Of a DNA stretch of 64,000 bases, positions 17,549-26,256 are shown piece after piece. The stretch is from positions 186,001 through 250,000 of the IMG/VR virus record IMGVR_UViG_3300025141_000016; one strand, given 5' to 3'. Under the pieces are notes generated by a model. That model made no database searches, was not told the origin of the DNA, and worked only from the letters and a program-made list of their open reading frames with translations. Position numbers and translations under genes: made by a program. The stretch's first letter is position 1. Each line of letters starts with the position of its first letter.

Positions 17549-17762
17549 TGTCGTAAATAGGTAGAGCGCCGTCGGCCTTACTCAACCAGAAAGGTCTTTC
17601 GCCCCACCGGAGAGTAGCCTCGGGCGGGTGTCGTAAATCGGAAGGGCACCGTCGGGCTTACTCAACCGGAAAGGTCTTTCGCCCCACCGAGGAGTAGCCT
17701 CGGGTGTCGTAGATAGGCAGAGCCCCGTTGGGCTTACTCAACCGGAAAGGTCTTTCGCCCCA
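17549..17762. repeat. tandem repeat of a 76-80 bp unit (about 2.7 copies), possibly a structured RNA
   Basis: Units at 17549, 17629 and 17705 share CTTACTCAACCRGAAAGGTCTTTCGCCCCA; inverted partial copy at 18035-18060. Confidence 0.85.
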
Positions 17763-18052
17763 ACTTGCGGGGGGTGGAACCACAGGTCCAGTTCTGGAAC
17801 CACAGGTCCAGGGGCGCTCCCCCGTTGTTGTAAAAACCCCTGATCGGGGTGTCATCAGAACGGCGTGCGCGAAAACCCCAGTGAAGGCAAGGGTTTAGCG
17901 AATCGGGCGGCCCCGAGGACATCCCCGAGACCTCGGACGACATCGCTGTGGGAGGCTTGTGGGGTCAGATCGGTGACCCCACGGGTGAGACTACCGCCGT
18001 CTCGGACGGCAGCCGTTCCCCGTGGAACACGGGTCAACGGTGCCCTTCCGAT

Positions 18053-18574
18053 CTACGACACCCACTCGCCCCCACCGATGAAGGCCACGTCGGACCACAT
18101 CTCGGTGTTCAGGTCCAGTTGTCCTGGCACTATCCCACCGAGCGCGGTGTTCAGGTCGCGAATGATGTTGAAGGCGAGGTCGAAGTCTACGTCCTGAATC
18201 GCCCGTAGGGCTCTGCGGAGCCACGGAGCCATGGAGAGCCCTTCCTCCTCGGCCTGCTCTATCTCCTCTTGGGAGAAGACCGAGGGGACTTCCTTGCCGG
18301 TGTCTACATCGGTGCCGTTCACCTCGACGTTCCACCACCACCACACCTCACGGGACAGCCGGAGGTAGGGGTGGGTCTGGAGGTGGCCCCGGATGAGGGC
18401 ATCTCCTCCCACGTCCCTGACGAGCAGGGTCCGTCGGAACGTGCCGAGGGTCGAATCGGGCGGGAAGCTGTCGAGGTTTGCGGCACTCTCCAGCCGTTCG
18501 GCGTGCCGGGTTTCCAGCACGGTGTTGATCTCCATCTCGGAGAGGGGGAACAGGACGCGGATAGGGGTAGTCAT
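18053..18574 (-). CDS. hypothetical protein, paralog of 3772-4275
   Basis: GGAGG RBS; FPLSEMEI...PWLRRALRAI...MWSDV. Confidence 0.75.
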   Translation of the reverse strand: MTTPIRVLFPLSEMEINTVLETRHAERLESAANLDSFPPDSTLGTFRRTLLVRDVGGDALIRGHLQTHPYLRLSREVWWWWNVEVNGTDVDTGKEVPSVFSQEEIEQAEEEGLSMAPWLRRALRAIQDVDFDLAFNIIRDLNTALGGIVPGQLDLNTEMWSDVAFIGGGEWVS

Positions 18575-18641
18575 CGGGCACCTCCACAGGGGTAGACGCA
18601 GGGGGGTGTCCACTTCGCACACTTGGGGGGCCAGAAACGAC

Positions 18642-18673
18642 AAAAGCCCCCACTCCCAGGCGGGAGTGGGGGC
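18642..18673 (-). terminator. intrinsic terminator
   Basis: GCCCCCACTCCC-GCCT-GGGAGTGGGGGC-TTTT. Confidence 0.75.
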
Positions 18674-18764
18674 GGCGGATGTGTAGTCGGGGGGATGGGG
18701 GCTGAAACCCACCGCCCACGACCCCGAACAAGGCATCTGGGGGGCCGTGAGGGCGGGCAGGAGG

Positions 18765-19217
18765 TCAGGTAGGCTTGAAGCCCACCCTGGGAGTGGGTTC
18801 GGCTCGTTCGATGGCTTTGAGCACGTCTGGCACCTCGCCAGAAGCCTTGCGGGTCTTGATGACCGCATCAATGTCCTTGCGAGCGTCGTACCGCACGTTC
18901 GTCACGAAGTAAGTGTCGAAGCAGTCTCCGAGGACGTGGCGCACCACGTCCCAATCAGTGCCCTTGCGAGCCTTGAACCGGGGCGACGGGAACGTCACGG
19001 ACACGCTTCCAGCATCGGTGTCGTAGTGGACGTGGCTCTCGTCCCCCCGCTGGGTAGACGCAAGGTCACGAAGGAGAGCCTTCAGGGGGTCCAGAGCCTC
19101 CTGGGCGTTAGAGATATGGCCCGCGAGGCGGCAAGCCACGCGGGCGATTTCCTGGGCGCTGCCCCCGCGCTTGGCGAGGTCAGTGGCTTCGGTAATGAGG
19201 GGGGTCAGGTCTTTCAT
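18765..19217 (-). CDS. hypothetical protein
   Basis: ATG 19217 after GGAG. Confidence 0.7.
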   Translation of the reverse strand: MKDLTPLITEATDLAKRGGSAQEIARVACRLAGHISNAQEALDPLKALLRDLASTQRGDESHVHYDTDAGSVSVTFPSPRFKARKGTDWDVVRHVLGDCFDTYFVTNVRYDARKDIDAVIKTRKASGEVPDVLKAIERAEPTPRVGFKPT

Positions 19218-19268
19218 GGGGATACTCCAGGGGCCGGTTGGACACCGACCCAAAAGTGGGTCAGGTGT

Positions 19269-20150
19269 CTACAGCGCGATGGCGCACTCCGTGTGGAAGA
19301 CTCCACGCCCTTCAACATGGGCAGCGGTGGCGTTGGCCTCGATGGTGCCCTTGCATCCCTCTGCCGAGCAGACGCAGGCGAAGGGGACCACGACGGTCGA
19401 GTAGTCAACCGAGGAAGTGGTGGCCTCGGGAGTCGGAGCCATGGACGTTTTCAGGGCAGCTACCAACCGCGCACGTTCGGCAGCGAGTTCGGCCTCGGCC
19501 TTGGCGACCTCGGCAGCGAACTCAGCATCGAGTTCGGAGGCCACCGTCGCCAGGGTGGTGATGGTCGATGCTTGGCACAGCCCAGCCAGAGGGCACCCCT
19601 CGCACTGCGAAGACCGTGAGGACCACAGGCTGAAGCAGTGGGTGTTGTCGATGGCCACGCGCCGGAGGTCAGCCTCCGTAGCGTAGGACCCGGCAGTCAC
19701 GGCACCGACGGGGGGCAGGTAAGCCATCCCCGAATCCTCGGTGATCACGGAGATCGCCGCTGGGGCTTCCTCGGTGGCTTCCTCGGTGACCATCTCGGTC
19801 AGGGTGACCGCTGCCATCGTCTCTACCTCGGTAGCCTCGGTGACTTCCGGTGCTGGCGCAGCAGCCAACTCGGAGGCCAAGGCGTAGTACCCGCGACGTG
19901 GGTTGACGGCCATACCGTCCTTCTTCAAGCGCCCACCCGCGAGGGTGACGGCTCGGTGTCCGGCGAAGTAGGGCTTGCCCCGCTTCATCTTCGTGCCCCA
20001 GGTACCCCAGCCAGGGAAATCGGTCAGGGACTCGATATGGGCGATCACGTCGCGGAACCGTACTTCCTCCCCTCGGGGTCCGAGGGCGCGGAGCGCGGCC
20101 AGGACATAGGGCATCCAAGCCGTGGTTTCCAGGGTGGTCGGGAAGTTCAT
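19269..20150 (-). CDS. Mrr-N-like winged-helix protein with Cys-rich C-terminal domains
   Basis: VLAALRALG...RLKKDG...PRRGYYAL; CEGCPL...C; CVC...HTEC. Confidence 0.6.
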   Translation of the reverse strand: MNFPTTLETTAWMPYVLAALRALGPRGEEVRFRDVIAHIESLTDFPGWGTWGTKMKRGKPYFAGHRAVTLAGGRLKKDGMAVNPRRGYYALASELAAAPAPEVTEATEVETMAAVTLTEMVTEEATEEAPAAISVITEDSGMAYLPPVGAVTAGSYATEADLRRVAIDNTHCFSLWSSRSSQCEGCPLAGLCQASTITTLATVASELDAEFAAEVAKAEAELAAERARLVAALKTSMAPTPEATTSSVDYSTVVVPFACVCSAEGCKGTIEANATAAHVEGRGVFHTECAIAL

Positions 20151-20226
20151 GGGGTGTCTCCAGTTGCCTCGCTCGATGCGGGTCATGGGGATGGGGTGAA
20201 AGGGTGCGGGGACGCCCCTACACTTC

Positions 20227-20259
20227 TATACGGAGAAGCAAGGGGGGGTTGAACCCCCC
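20227..20259 (-). promoter_or_regulatory. class E promoter
   Basis: GGGGGGTTCAAC-N15-CGTATA. Confidence 0.8.
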
Positions 20260-20271
20260 TGCCTGTTGGTT

Positions 20272-21489
20272 TCAGTCAGTTTCCTCGTCAGTGAAGCAAC
20301 CGCCGGTCACCACAGCGTCGATCAGGCGCATCGCGATGGTCCGAGAGTCCTTGTCCAGCCGGTGCAACCACGCTGCGAAACCCCTCTTCAAGAGGTTGGC
20401 AGGAGGGGTGCCGTCGGACAGCCAGAGCACGTCTTCGCACTCCGACAGGACTTCACACAGACCACGGTGGGTGAACTCCGCGTAGAGTTCTTCCGACTCG
20501 ATAGCCGCACGAATCTTGTCCGTAGCCTTGCCCAACTGGTCGATGACGGCAGGTGCCGCTTCTACCAGCGCCGGGTACTTCGACCGCAGGATCGCGGACT
20601 CATCATCCCAGTGCATGTGGGTGAACTCAACGAACCGACCCATCCGGTCGAGGATCGAAGCATCCATCCGCTGACTCGACATACGACCCGTCTCGTCACC
20701 CGTACCGCAGGAGTTCGCGGTGAAAGCGAACTGCGTTCCAGGGAACAAGGTGTGGACTTCACCCGTCGGACCAACGATCCGCTTGGAGGTGGTGTCCAGG
20801 GTCAACCGGAACTCCTCAATCTGCTCGGGGGTGCCCCGGTCAACATCGGAGAACAGGATCAGCGCGGGACGCGCAACACCGTCGGTTCCAACAACACCGT
20901 TGACGATGGCGTTCCAGAGAGTCCCGTAGGACCATGAGGTGCCAGCGTCGGTGATCTCGCGGGAGTAGAACCACCGCTTCACTTCCGTACCCGGAGTGAA
21001 GGTGTAGGCGAACGCCGGAGTGCGGGTGTAGCTGGAGAAGGCGTGAACCACCGCATCCTTACCGGTTCCGGGGCCACCCCAGATGAACACGGCACGCTTC
21101 TTGGCGAGGGCCAGGAGCGCACGCTGGTAAGCGGTGCGTGCCTTCCCTTTGGTGGGGAACGCATAGGCCCAGGGGAGGGGCAGGCAGAAGTGGAGGGGAA
21201 TCCCATGGTCCACTCGACACACGACTCCGAGGAGATCGCGGGTCAGGTCGGTGACCTCGGGAGCCGCCTTACGCCGCTTCCCTTTGAGGGCGCGGTCAAA
21301 GGCATCCAGAGCCTTGGTGCTGACGGTGAGAGCGCCAGGGTGAGCATCGAGGTACGCCTCGGGGGTCATCCCGTGAGCCTCGACCACATGGTCGAGCAGG
21401 GAGTGGGCGCGGTGTCCACACTCGATGCACTCGACGCGACCATCAACCACCGTGAGGTTGGGCGCGAGAGCAGTTGCAGCAGCAGGCAT
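20272..21489 (-). CDS. MoxR/CobS-like AAA+ ATPase with N-terminal C2H2 Zn finger
   Basis: CIEC...H...H; Walker A GGPGTGKD; atypical Walker B LILFSDVD; TANS; ASILDR. Confidence 0.85.
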   Translation of the reverse strand: MPAAATALAPNLTVVDGRVECIECGHRAHSLLDHVVEAHGMTPEAYLDAHPGALTVSTKALDAFDRALKGKRRKAAPEVTDLTRDLLGVVCRVDHGIPLHFCLPLPWAYAFPTKGKARTAYQRALLALAKKRAVFIWGGPGTGKDAVVHAFSSYTRTPAFAYTFTPGTEVKRWFYSREITDAGTSWSYGTLWNAIVNGVVGTDGVARPALILFSDVDRGTPEQIEEFRLTLDTTSKRIVGPTGEVHTLFPGTQFAFTANSCGTGDETGRMSSQRMDASILDRMGRFVEFTHMHWDDESAILRSKYPALVEAAPAVIDQLGKATDKIRAAIESEELYAEFTHRGLCEVLSECEDVLWLSDGTPPANLLKRGFAAWLHRLDKDSRTIAMRLIDAVVTGGCFTDEETD

Positions 21490-21574
21490 TGGGAGTCTCC
21501 AGTTGGCCTCTCGATGAGGCATAGGGAAGATGAAAGGGAACAGGATGGGGGGGTGTGCTCACCCCCTGCACCCA

Positions 21575-21607
21575 TATACGGAGATAGGGGGGTGAGTTGA
21601 ACCCCCC
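21575..21607 (-). promoter_or_regulatory. class E promoter
   Basis: GGGGGGTTCAAC-N15-CGTATA. Confidence 0.8.
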
Positions 21608-21626
21608 TGGAGGAAGAAAAGGTAAG

Positions 21627-21653
21627 AAAACTGACCCCCCGGAGGGGGTCAGT
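21627..21653 (-). terminator. intrinsic terminator
   Basis: ACTGACCCCC-TCCG-GGGGGTCAGT-TTT immediately after the VWA gene. Confidence 0.7.
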
Positions 21654-21657
21654 GAGA

Positions 21658-23307
21658 TTAGCGGAACCCGCCACTGGCCATCAGGCCGTCCAATGCGGCC
21701 TTCTTGGCGTGCTTCGGGAACACGATGGTCGAGATAGTCTCCATCATGCGCTTGGCCAGGGTATCCAAACTCGGGACCGTGACGTGCAACGGGAACAGGT
21801 TGGTCACAGCGTACCCGTCCTCGCCAATGCCCACGCCGATGACGAAGATGCCAGCCTCGGCAGCGAGCCGAATCTGGCGACGAACGACGCGGGGGCAGTC
21901 GGGCTGACCGTCAGTGAGCACCAGAATCACCCGATACCGCTCCTCGCGAGTGGACAACTCCTGCATGGCGAACTGGATGCCGTCAGACAGAGGCGTGCCC
22001 CCAGAAGCCGTGTAGCTACCGAAGCGGTCCTTGCAGGTTCGGAAGGGCTCATCCCAATCCTTGAAAAGATCGATCCGAGCACCCGAGATCCGGTGGAACG
22101 AAGCGTCGTCTTCGTTGTACTGCTCGGTCGTCGTGTAGGGAGCCCGACGACCGTTCCGAGGACCACAGCACATGACCGGAGAACCCAGGGTGTCGAACGC
22201 CTCGGCCATAGCGACCATCGCTGTCGCTGCCGACCGAGCGCGACTACCACGCATCGAGCCCGACTGGTCACCAACGACTGCGACCGCGATGGACACATCG
22301 TCCGACTTGACGTTCTGGAAGTAGGGGCGGCTGGGCCGGATACCCGACTTGATCTCGATGAACGACTCAACCAGACGACGCTCCGAGAGATCCTTTCCAC
22401 GGCGGGTGCCATGAATGACCTTCTTGGTCTTGGCCATCAGGAACTTCGCCCGGAACTGCGAGCGGATGCCCGCAGTCAGGAGTCGGGCATCATCCCGGTA
22501 AATCTTGGCCATGCCATTGTAGCCCCCGCTGGGACGAACGATCTCATCCAGGCTCGGGTCGAAGGGTCGCCAAACCTGCTCATAATCGAGGCAATCGTCA
22601 TCGCGCTCACCCTCGGTGGCACTACCCATCGCCTCGTTGTTGTCGAGCAGGTCCGTGTCGTTCGCTTCCAGAGCAGCCAGGAGGCCATCGAGAAACGCCT
22701 TGGGATCATCGCCCAGGTCGCAGTGACCCCCAGCCAGTGCATCCGAACCGGCACCCTCGGCACCGGGGTCACCGAAGTCATCGGAACCGTCACCGGCTGC
22801 GCCATCGGAGTCACCACCGGAGTCGCCACCGGAGTCACCACCGGAGTCGCCATCGGAGTCGCCGTCACCGTCTCCGTCTCCGTCGCCCGAGCCTTCGCCC
22901 TCACCGTCGGAGTCATCACCCTCGGAGTCGCCATCACCGGAGCCTTCACCGTCGGTGTCTTCGTCGGTATCCTCACCGCCCTCACCGTCGGAGCCTTCAC
23001 CGTCGGAGCCTTCACCGTCGGCATCAGTGTCGGCATCTTCACCGTCGCCTTCACCGTCGCCTTCACCGTCGCCTTCACCGTCGGTGTCTTCGTCGGTATC
23101 CTCGGTGTCTTCGTCGGTATCCTCGGTGTCATCACCCTCCGAGCCCTCGCCACCCTCGGGGGTGCCGTCGGTCTCGTCGGACTTCTCACCGTCGCCGTCG
23201 CCGTCGCCGGACCCGTCGCTGTCATCCTCGCGGGGCAGCGGAGCGAGGTCCATGTTGGACCCCACCAACTCGGTTCCGAGTCGGAGCATGTAATCGAAAA
23301 GAGCCAT
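21658..23307 (-). CDS. CobT-like VWA (MIDAS) protein with a long D/E/G/S-rich linker
   Basis: DQSGSM, GGTPL, VLTDGQP, IGVGIG; acidic low-complexity tract at about 22730-23225. Confidence 0.85.
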   Translation of the reverse strand: MALFDYMLRLGTELVGSNMDLAPLPREDDSDGSGDGDGDGEKSDETDGTPEGGEGSEGDDTEDTDEDTEDTDEDTDGEGDGEGDGEGDGEDADTDADGEGSDGEGSDGEGGEDTDEDTDGEGSGDGDSEGDDSDGEGEGSGDGDGDGDGDSDGDSGGDSGGDSGGDSDGAAGDGSDDFGDPGAEGAGSDALAGGHCDLGDDPKAFLDGLLAALEANDTDLLDNNEAMGSATEGERDDDCLDYEQVWRPFDPSLDEIVRPSGGYNGMAKIYRDDARLLTAGIRSQFRAKFLMAKTKKVIHGTRRGKDLSERRLVESFIEIKSGIRPSRPYFQNVKSDDVSIAVAVVGDQSGSMRGSRARSAATAMVAMAEAFDTLGSPVMCCGPRNGRRAPYTTTEQYNEDDASFHRISGARIDLFKDWDEPFRTCKDRFGSYTASGGTPLSDGIQFAMQELSTREERYRVILVLTDGQPDCPRVVRRQIRLAAEAGIFVIGVGIGEDGYAVTNLFPLHVTVPSLDTLAKRMMETISTIVFPKHAKKAALDGLMASGGFR

Positions 23308-23414
23308 CTGTGTCTCCGGGGCCTCTCGATGAGGCGGGGAAGAAAGGAAAGGAGTCGGGTCTTATTTAGGTCGAACCCGAGAAACGACCGGGGGTGTGCT
23401 CACCCCTACACTTC

Positions 23415-23447
23415 TATACGGAGATACCCAAGGGAGTTGAACCCCCC
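23415..23447 (-). promoter_or_regulatory. class E promoter
   Basis: GGGGGGTTCAAC-N15-CGTATA. Confidence 0.8.
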
Positions 23448-23461
23448 TGGGCATAGGTTTT

Positions 23462-24562
23462 TTAGTCGTCTATGACCACCGCAAACTTCAAGCCCTGACG
23501 GCCATCAGCATCCGGCAGACCAGCGAAGGTCACCTCGACAATCTCGCCAGCGTGGGGTCCGACCTTGGCGCGAGCCCTGTCACCCACCCGGAAGACGGGG
23601 AACTTCGGGGCCTTGCCAGAGCCGCCCTCACCCTCGCCTTCCGACGGGGGACCGGGAGGTCCAGGCTCACTCTCACCACCACCATCGTTGGAGGGGGGTG
23701 GGGAAGCCGGGGGTGTGTCGTGGCCCAACGCCACCAGCAGGGCAACGATTTCCATCGCCAGCCACCAGTGCCCAAGGTCATCCTCGGGGGTCAGTGCAAT
23801 CGCACGGTCGAGCAAGGGCTTCAACGGACCCTCCGTCACCAGACGCCAACCAGCCGGGGACCGCTCACGGTAACCAGCCAGGGCTTCGTTCTGGCGGTCG
23901 GTGTCGTAGCCGAGTCCGAGATCACGGAAAGCACCCATCACGACCGAGAGGTCGTTGTGGGGGTCAATCCCTCGGTGCTCGGAAGCCTCACGACCCTCGG
24001 ACTCCATCTTCAAGATCAAATCCTGCAAGTCAGCCATCTTGTCAGGGGCACCAGGGTACTTGGCACACCCACACCGCTCGATGCGAATGTCCTCAATGAT
24101 GTTGCCCCAGGTCAACACGGCACCGATGTAGGGTCGCCAGTCAGCCAGGAGTGTCCAACGCTCGGACAGCGGACCCCACACGTCTTCTATGGTGAGGTCA
24201 CGACGGCAGGAGTATTCGGTGTGCCACGCCTCGTGGTAGTCACCACCGATCCCCGCACGCGCCAGCCAGAGGGGGATGCGGTCGGGGTTGGTCGCCACGA
24301 CGATGTGGGGGTCAGAGACATAGGTGGCGTTGGCAGCGTTGAGGGCATCCTCGACCATCTCATAGCTGAACTCGTTGCCATAAGACACCGATTCACACAG
24401 CTTCCCCTGCATCACGCGGCAAGTCCACTTGTCCTTGTTGAAGAAGGAGGAGCCTCGTGCGAGTACCTTACGAGCATCCGCTGTCCGAGGGTCAAGGATA
24501 GCGTTGACCGAAGCCTGATGGCTCGCGGCCCACTTCTTGCCGTTGATGGTGAGTTCAGCCAT
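23462..24562 (-). CDS. HExxH protein resembling the N-terminal half of CobT-like VWA partners
   Basis: YHEAWH...NIIEDIRIE...YPGA; ATG 24562. Confidence 0.7.
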   Translation of the reverse strand: MAELTINGKKWAASHQASVNAILDPRTADARKVLARGSSFFNKDKWTCRVMQGKLCESVSYGNEFSYEMVEDALNAANATYVSDPHIVVATNPDRIPLWLARAGIGGDYHEAWHTEYSCRRDLTIEDVWGPLSERWTLLADWRPYIGAVLTWGNIIEDIRIERCGCAKYPGAPDKMADLQDLILKMESEGREASEHRGIDPHNDLSVVMGAFRDLGLGYDTDRQNEALAGYRERSPAGWRLVTEGPLKPLLDRAIALTPEDDLGHWWLAMEIVALLVALGHDTPPASPPPSNDGGGESEPGPPGPPSEGEGEGGSGKAPKFPVFRVGDRARAKVGPHAGEIVEVTFAGLPDADGRQGLKFAVVIDD

Positions 24563-24637
24563 GGGGTGTCTCCGGGCCTCTCGGTGAGGCGTGGGAAAAG
24601 GTGAAAGGGGTGGGGGTGTAGATGACCCCCGCACCCC

Positions 24638-24670
24638 TATACGGAAATGCCAGGGGTAGTTGAACCCCCC
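24638..24670 (-). promoter_or_regulatory. class E promoter
   Basis: GGGGGGTTCAAC-N15-CGTATA. Confidence 0.8.
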
Positions 24671-24761
24671 TCCGGCAAGTTTTCTGCTGGAGGCCCAAAA
24701 TAAGTGGTGGTGGCTGACCCCCTGTGTGCGACAAGCCCCCCGACCCTCGGGCGTAGCCCAA

Positions 24762-24806
24762 GGGGAGAACCGTCCATCCCCCTAAAGGGGATGGACGGTT
24801 CTCCCC
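24762..24806. repeat. perfect 20-bp inverted repeat
   Basis: GGGGAGAACCGTCCATCCCC-CTAAA-GGGGATGGACGGTTCTCCCC. Confidence 0.95.
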
Positions 24807-24857
24807 GACCGGGGGTGCCAGCCGGGGGTGCCAGCCGTGCGGCCCGTCCCCCCTCCG

Positions 24858-24893
24858 GTGCATGAGTATGCACCCCCACGCATACTCATGCAC
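24858..24893. repeat. perfect 14-bp inverted repeat
   Basis: GTGCATGAGTATGC-ACCCCCAC-GCATACTCATGCAC. Confidence 0.95.
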
Positions 24894-25087
24894 GGTCTGT
24901 TCAGTGCCACAACGTCCGATAACGTACATTATGTCAAGTAGCGGGAACGGGCGAACCTGGGTTTTCGCCGTCCGTTCAGGTGAACACCTGTTCACACTGA
25001 ACACCCCTCTGTTCAGTGTCCCGTATGCACCGAATATGCAGGGACGGGGCCTACCCCCCTGGGGTAACCGTTACTTTTCTTGCCGAA

Positions 25088-25120
25088 GGGGGGTTCAACT
25101 CGGGCCGGTATCTCCGTATA
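25088..25120 (+). promoter_or_regulatory. class E promoter (divergent copy)
   Basis: GGGGGGTTCAAC-TCGGGCCGGTATCTC-CGTATA. Confidence 0.8.
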
Positions 25121-25182
25121 GAAGTGGAAGGACACCCCCCACCGATTCCCGCGCCCCATCGAGGGGCCATAGGAGACACCCC

Positions 25183-25776
25183 ATGAAGAAAGGACTCACC
25201 GTCGTCGTGCGCGAGCACGCTGACCTCTGGCGACCCGTCACTGCCGAGGAGACGGCAGAGTGGTACGCATCCCCCGAGAGTAAGGGGATGGACTGCGCTG
25301 GCGAGAGCAAGCTGCCACCCAGGTCTGTCTACCGCCGTGACACCAGCGGCACCTACACTGTCACACGCGCCCGCGTGAACGCTCCCCGTGGCTGGGGCTC
25401 GCTGCCCAAGTGCTCGGAGATCATGGACCTCGATGGAGTCCTCTGGTTCTGCCGCCGCCGTGACCTGCACTCCCTGACCCCCGTGACCCCCACGGTCAGC
25501 ACGATGGCCCCCGCGAGGGACGGCCTCGACGCGGAGATCGAGGAGTGGGTCGCCAAGGTCAACGCCAAGTACCCTGGCAGTCGCACCATCGAGTGGGGCC
25601 GCAAGTACGCCAAGGTCGTCCGTGGTGGCTCGGTCTACTGCTTCGTGGTCCGAAGCAACGGGGACATTATGAAGGCAGCCAACTGGCGAGCCCCGGCCAA
25701 GCACGCTCGCGGCAACATCCGTGACGCTGACCCGCTGGCTGGCGTGACCGACTACGGCGCAGCGTACCTCCGATGA
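25183..25776 (+). CDS. two-domain hypothetical phage protein
   Basis: ATG 25183 after hairpin and GGAGA; C-terminal GSVYCFV...GDIMKAANWRAPAKHARGNI motif, which I recall from phage proteins (not searched). Confidence 0.75.
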   Translation: MKKGLTVVVREHADLWRPVTAEETAEWYASPESKGMDCAGESKLPPRSVYRRDTSGTYTVTRARVNAPRGWGSLPKCSEIMDLDGVLWFCRRRDLHSLTPVTPTVSTMAPARDGLDAEIEEWVAKVNAKYPGSRTIEWGRKYAKVVRGGSVYCFVVRSNGDIMKAANWRAPAKHARGNIRDADPLAGVTDYGAAYLR

Positions 25777-25992
25777 TGGCGGCTGCACTCTCCCTCATCC
25801 TCCCTGGCTCGGGCCAGTTCCTCGCCGGGAGGCCAGGGAGGGCCATCTACTTCTTCTCCCTCATGGTCCTGGCGTGGCTCATGTCCTGTGGGCTTCTTCG
25901 GATGGGTCATCCACATCTGTGCCGCTCTCGACGCATGGCACCTCACCACGACCAACGACACCTAACCACTCACCACCTTACCGGAGGATCCA

Positions 25993-26256
25993 ATGGCTAC
26001 CATGTGCCCCACCTTCAAGGCTGCTGTCTGTGCAGTCATGGCCAAGCATGAGGCTCGCACTCACTTCATGGAGGGTGGCCGTGGTGTCTGCTGCTACGTC
26101 TGGGTCACTGGCCCTGCCGTGACCCCAAAGGGCAACCCCAGCAAGAGGCTGGTCAAGGCGTGCTTCTCCAGCAACGGCCTGGACCTCACGGGCACCCTGG
26201 CCGCAGACATGAAGGCCATCCCAGGTTACGTTGGCCACTACGTCAACATCGACTGA
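25993..26256 (+). CDS. hypothetical protein
   Basis: GGAGG RBS; followed by a terminator. Confidence 0.65.
   Translation: MATMCPTFKAAVCAVMAKHEARTHFMEGGRGVCCYVWVTGPAVTPKGNPSKRLVKACFSSNGLDLTGTLAADMKAIPGYVGHYVNID

Noticed and set aside
17549-17762. CRISPR array or hammerhead ribozyme
   Set aside because: The sequence between the conserved cores is itself repeated rather than unique spacer, there are no cas genes in the window, and I see no CUGANGA core on either strand.
21652-23475. Long alternative-frame ORFs (607 aa +, 210 aa Arg/His-rich +, 249 aa Thr/Pro-rich -)
   Set aside because: These are shadows of the low-complexity acidic linker of the VWA gene, which has the promoter, RBS and MIDAS motifs.
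24862-25182. N-terminal extensions given by the ORF track (also 707-1762, 37507, 49373, 51848, 58990)
   Set aside because: They run through promoters, inverted repeats or neighbouring genes; downstream starts with a clear RBS were preferred.
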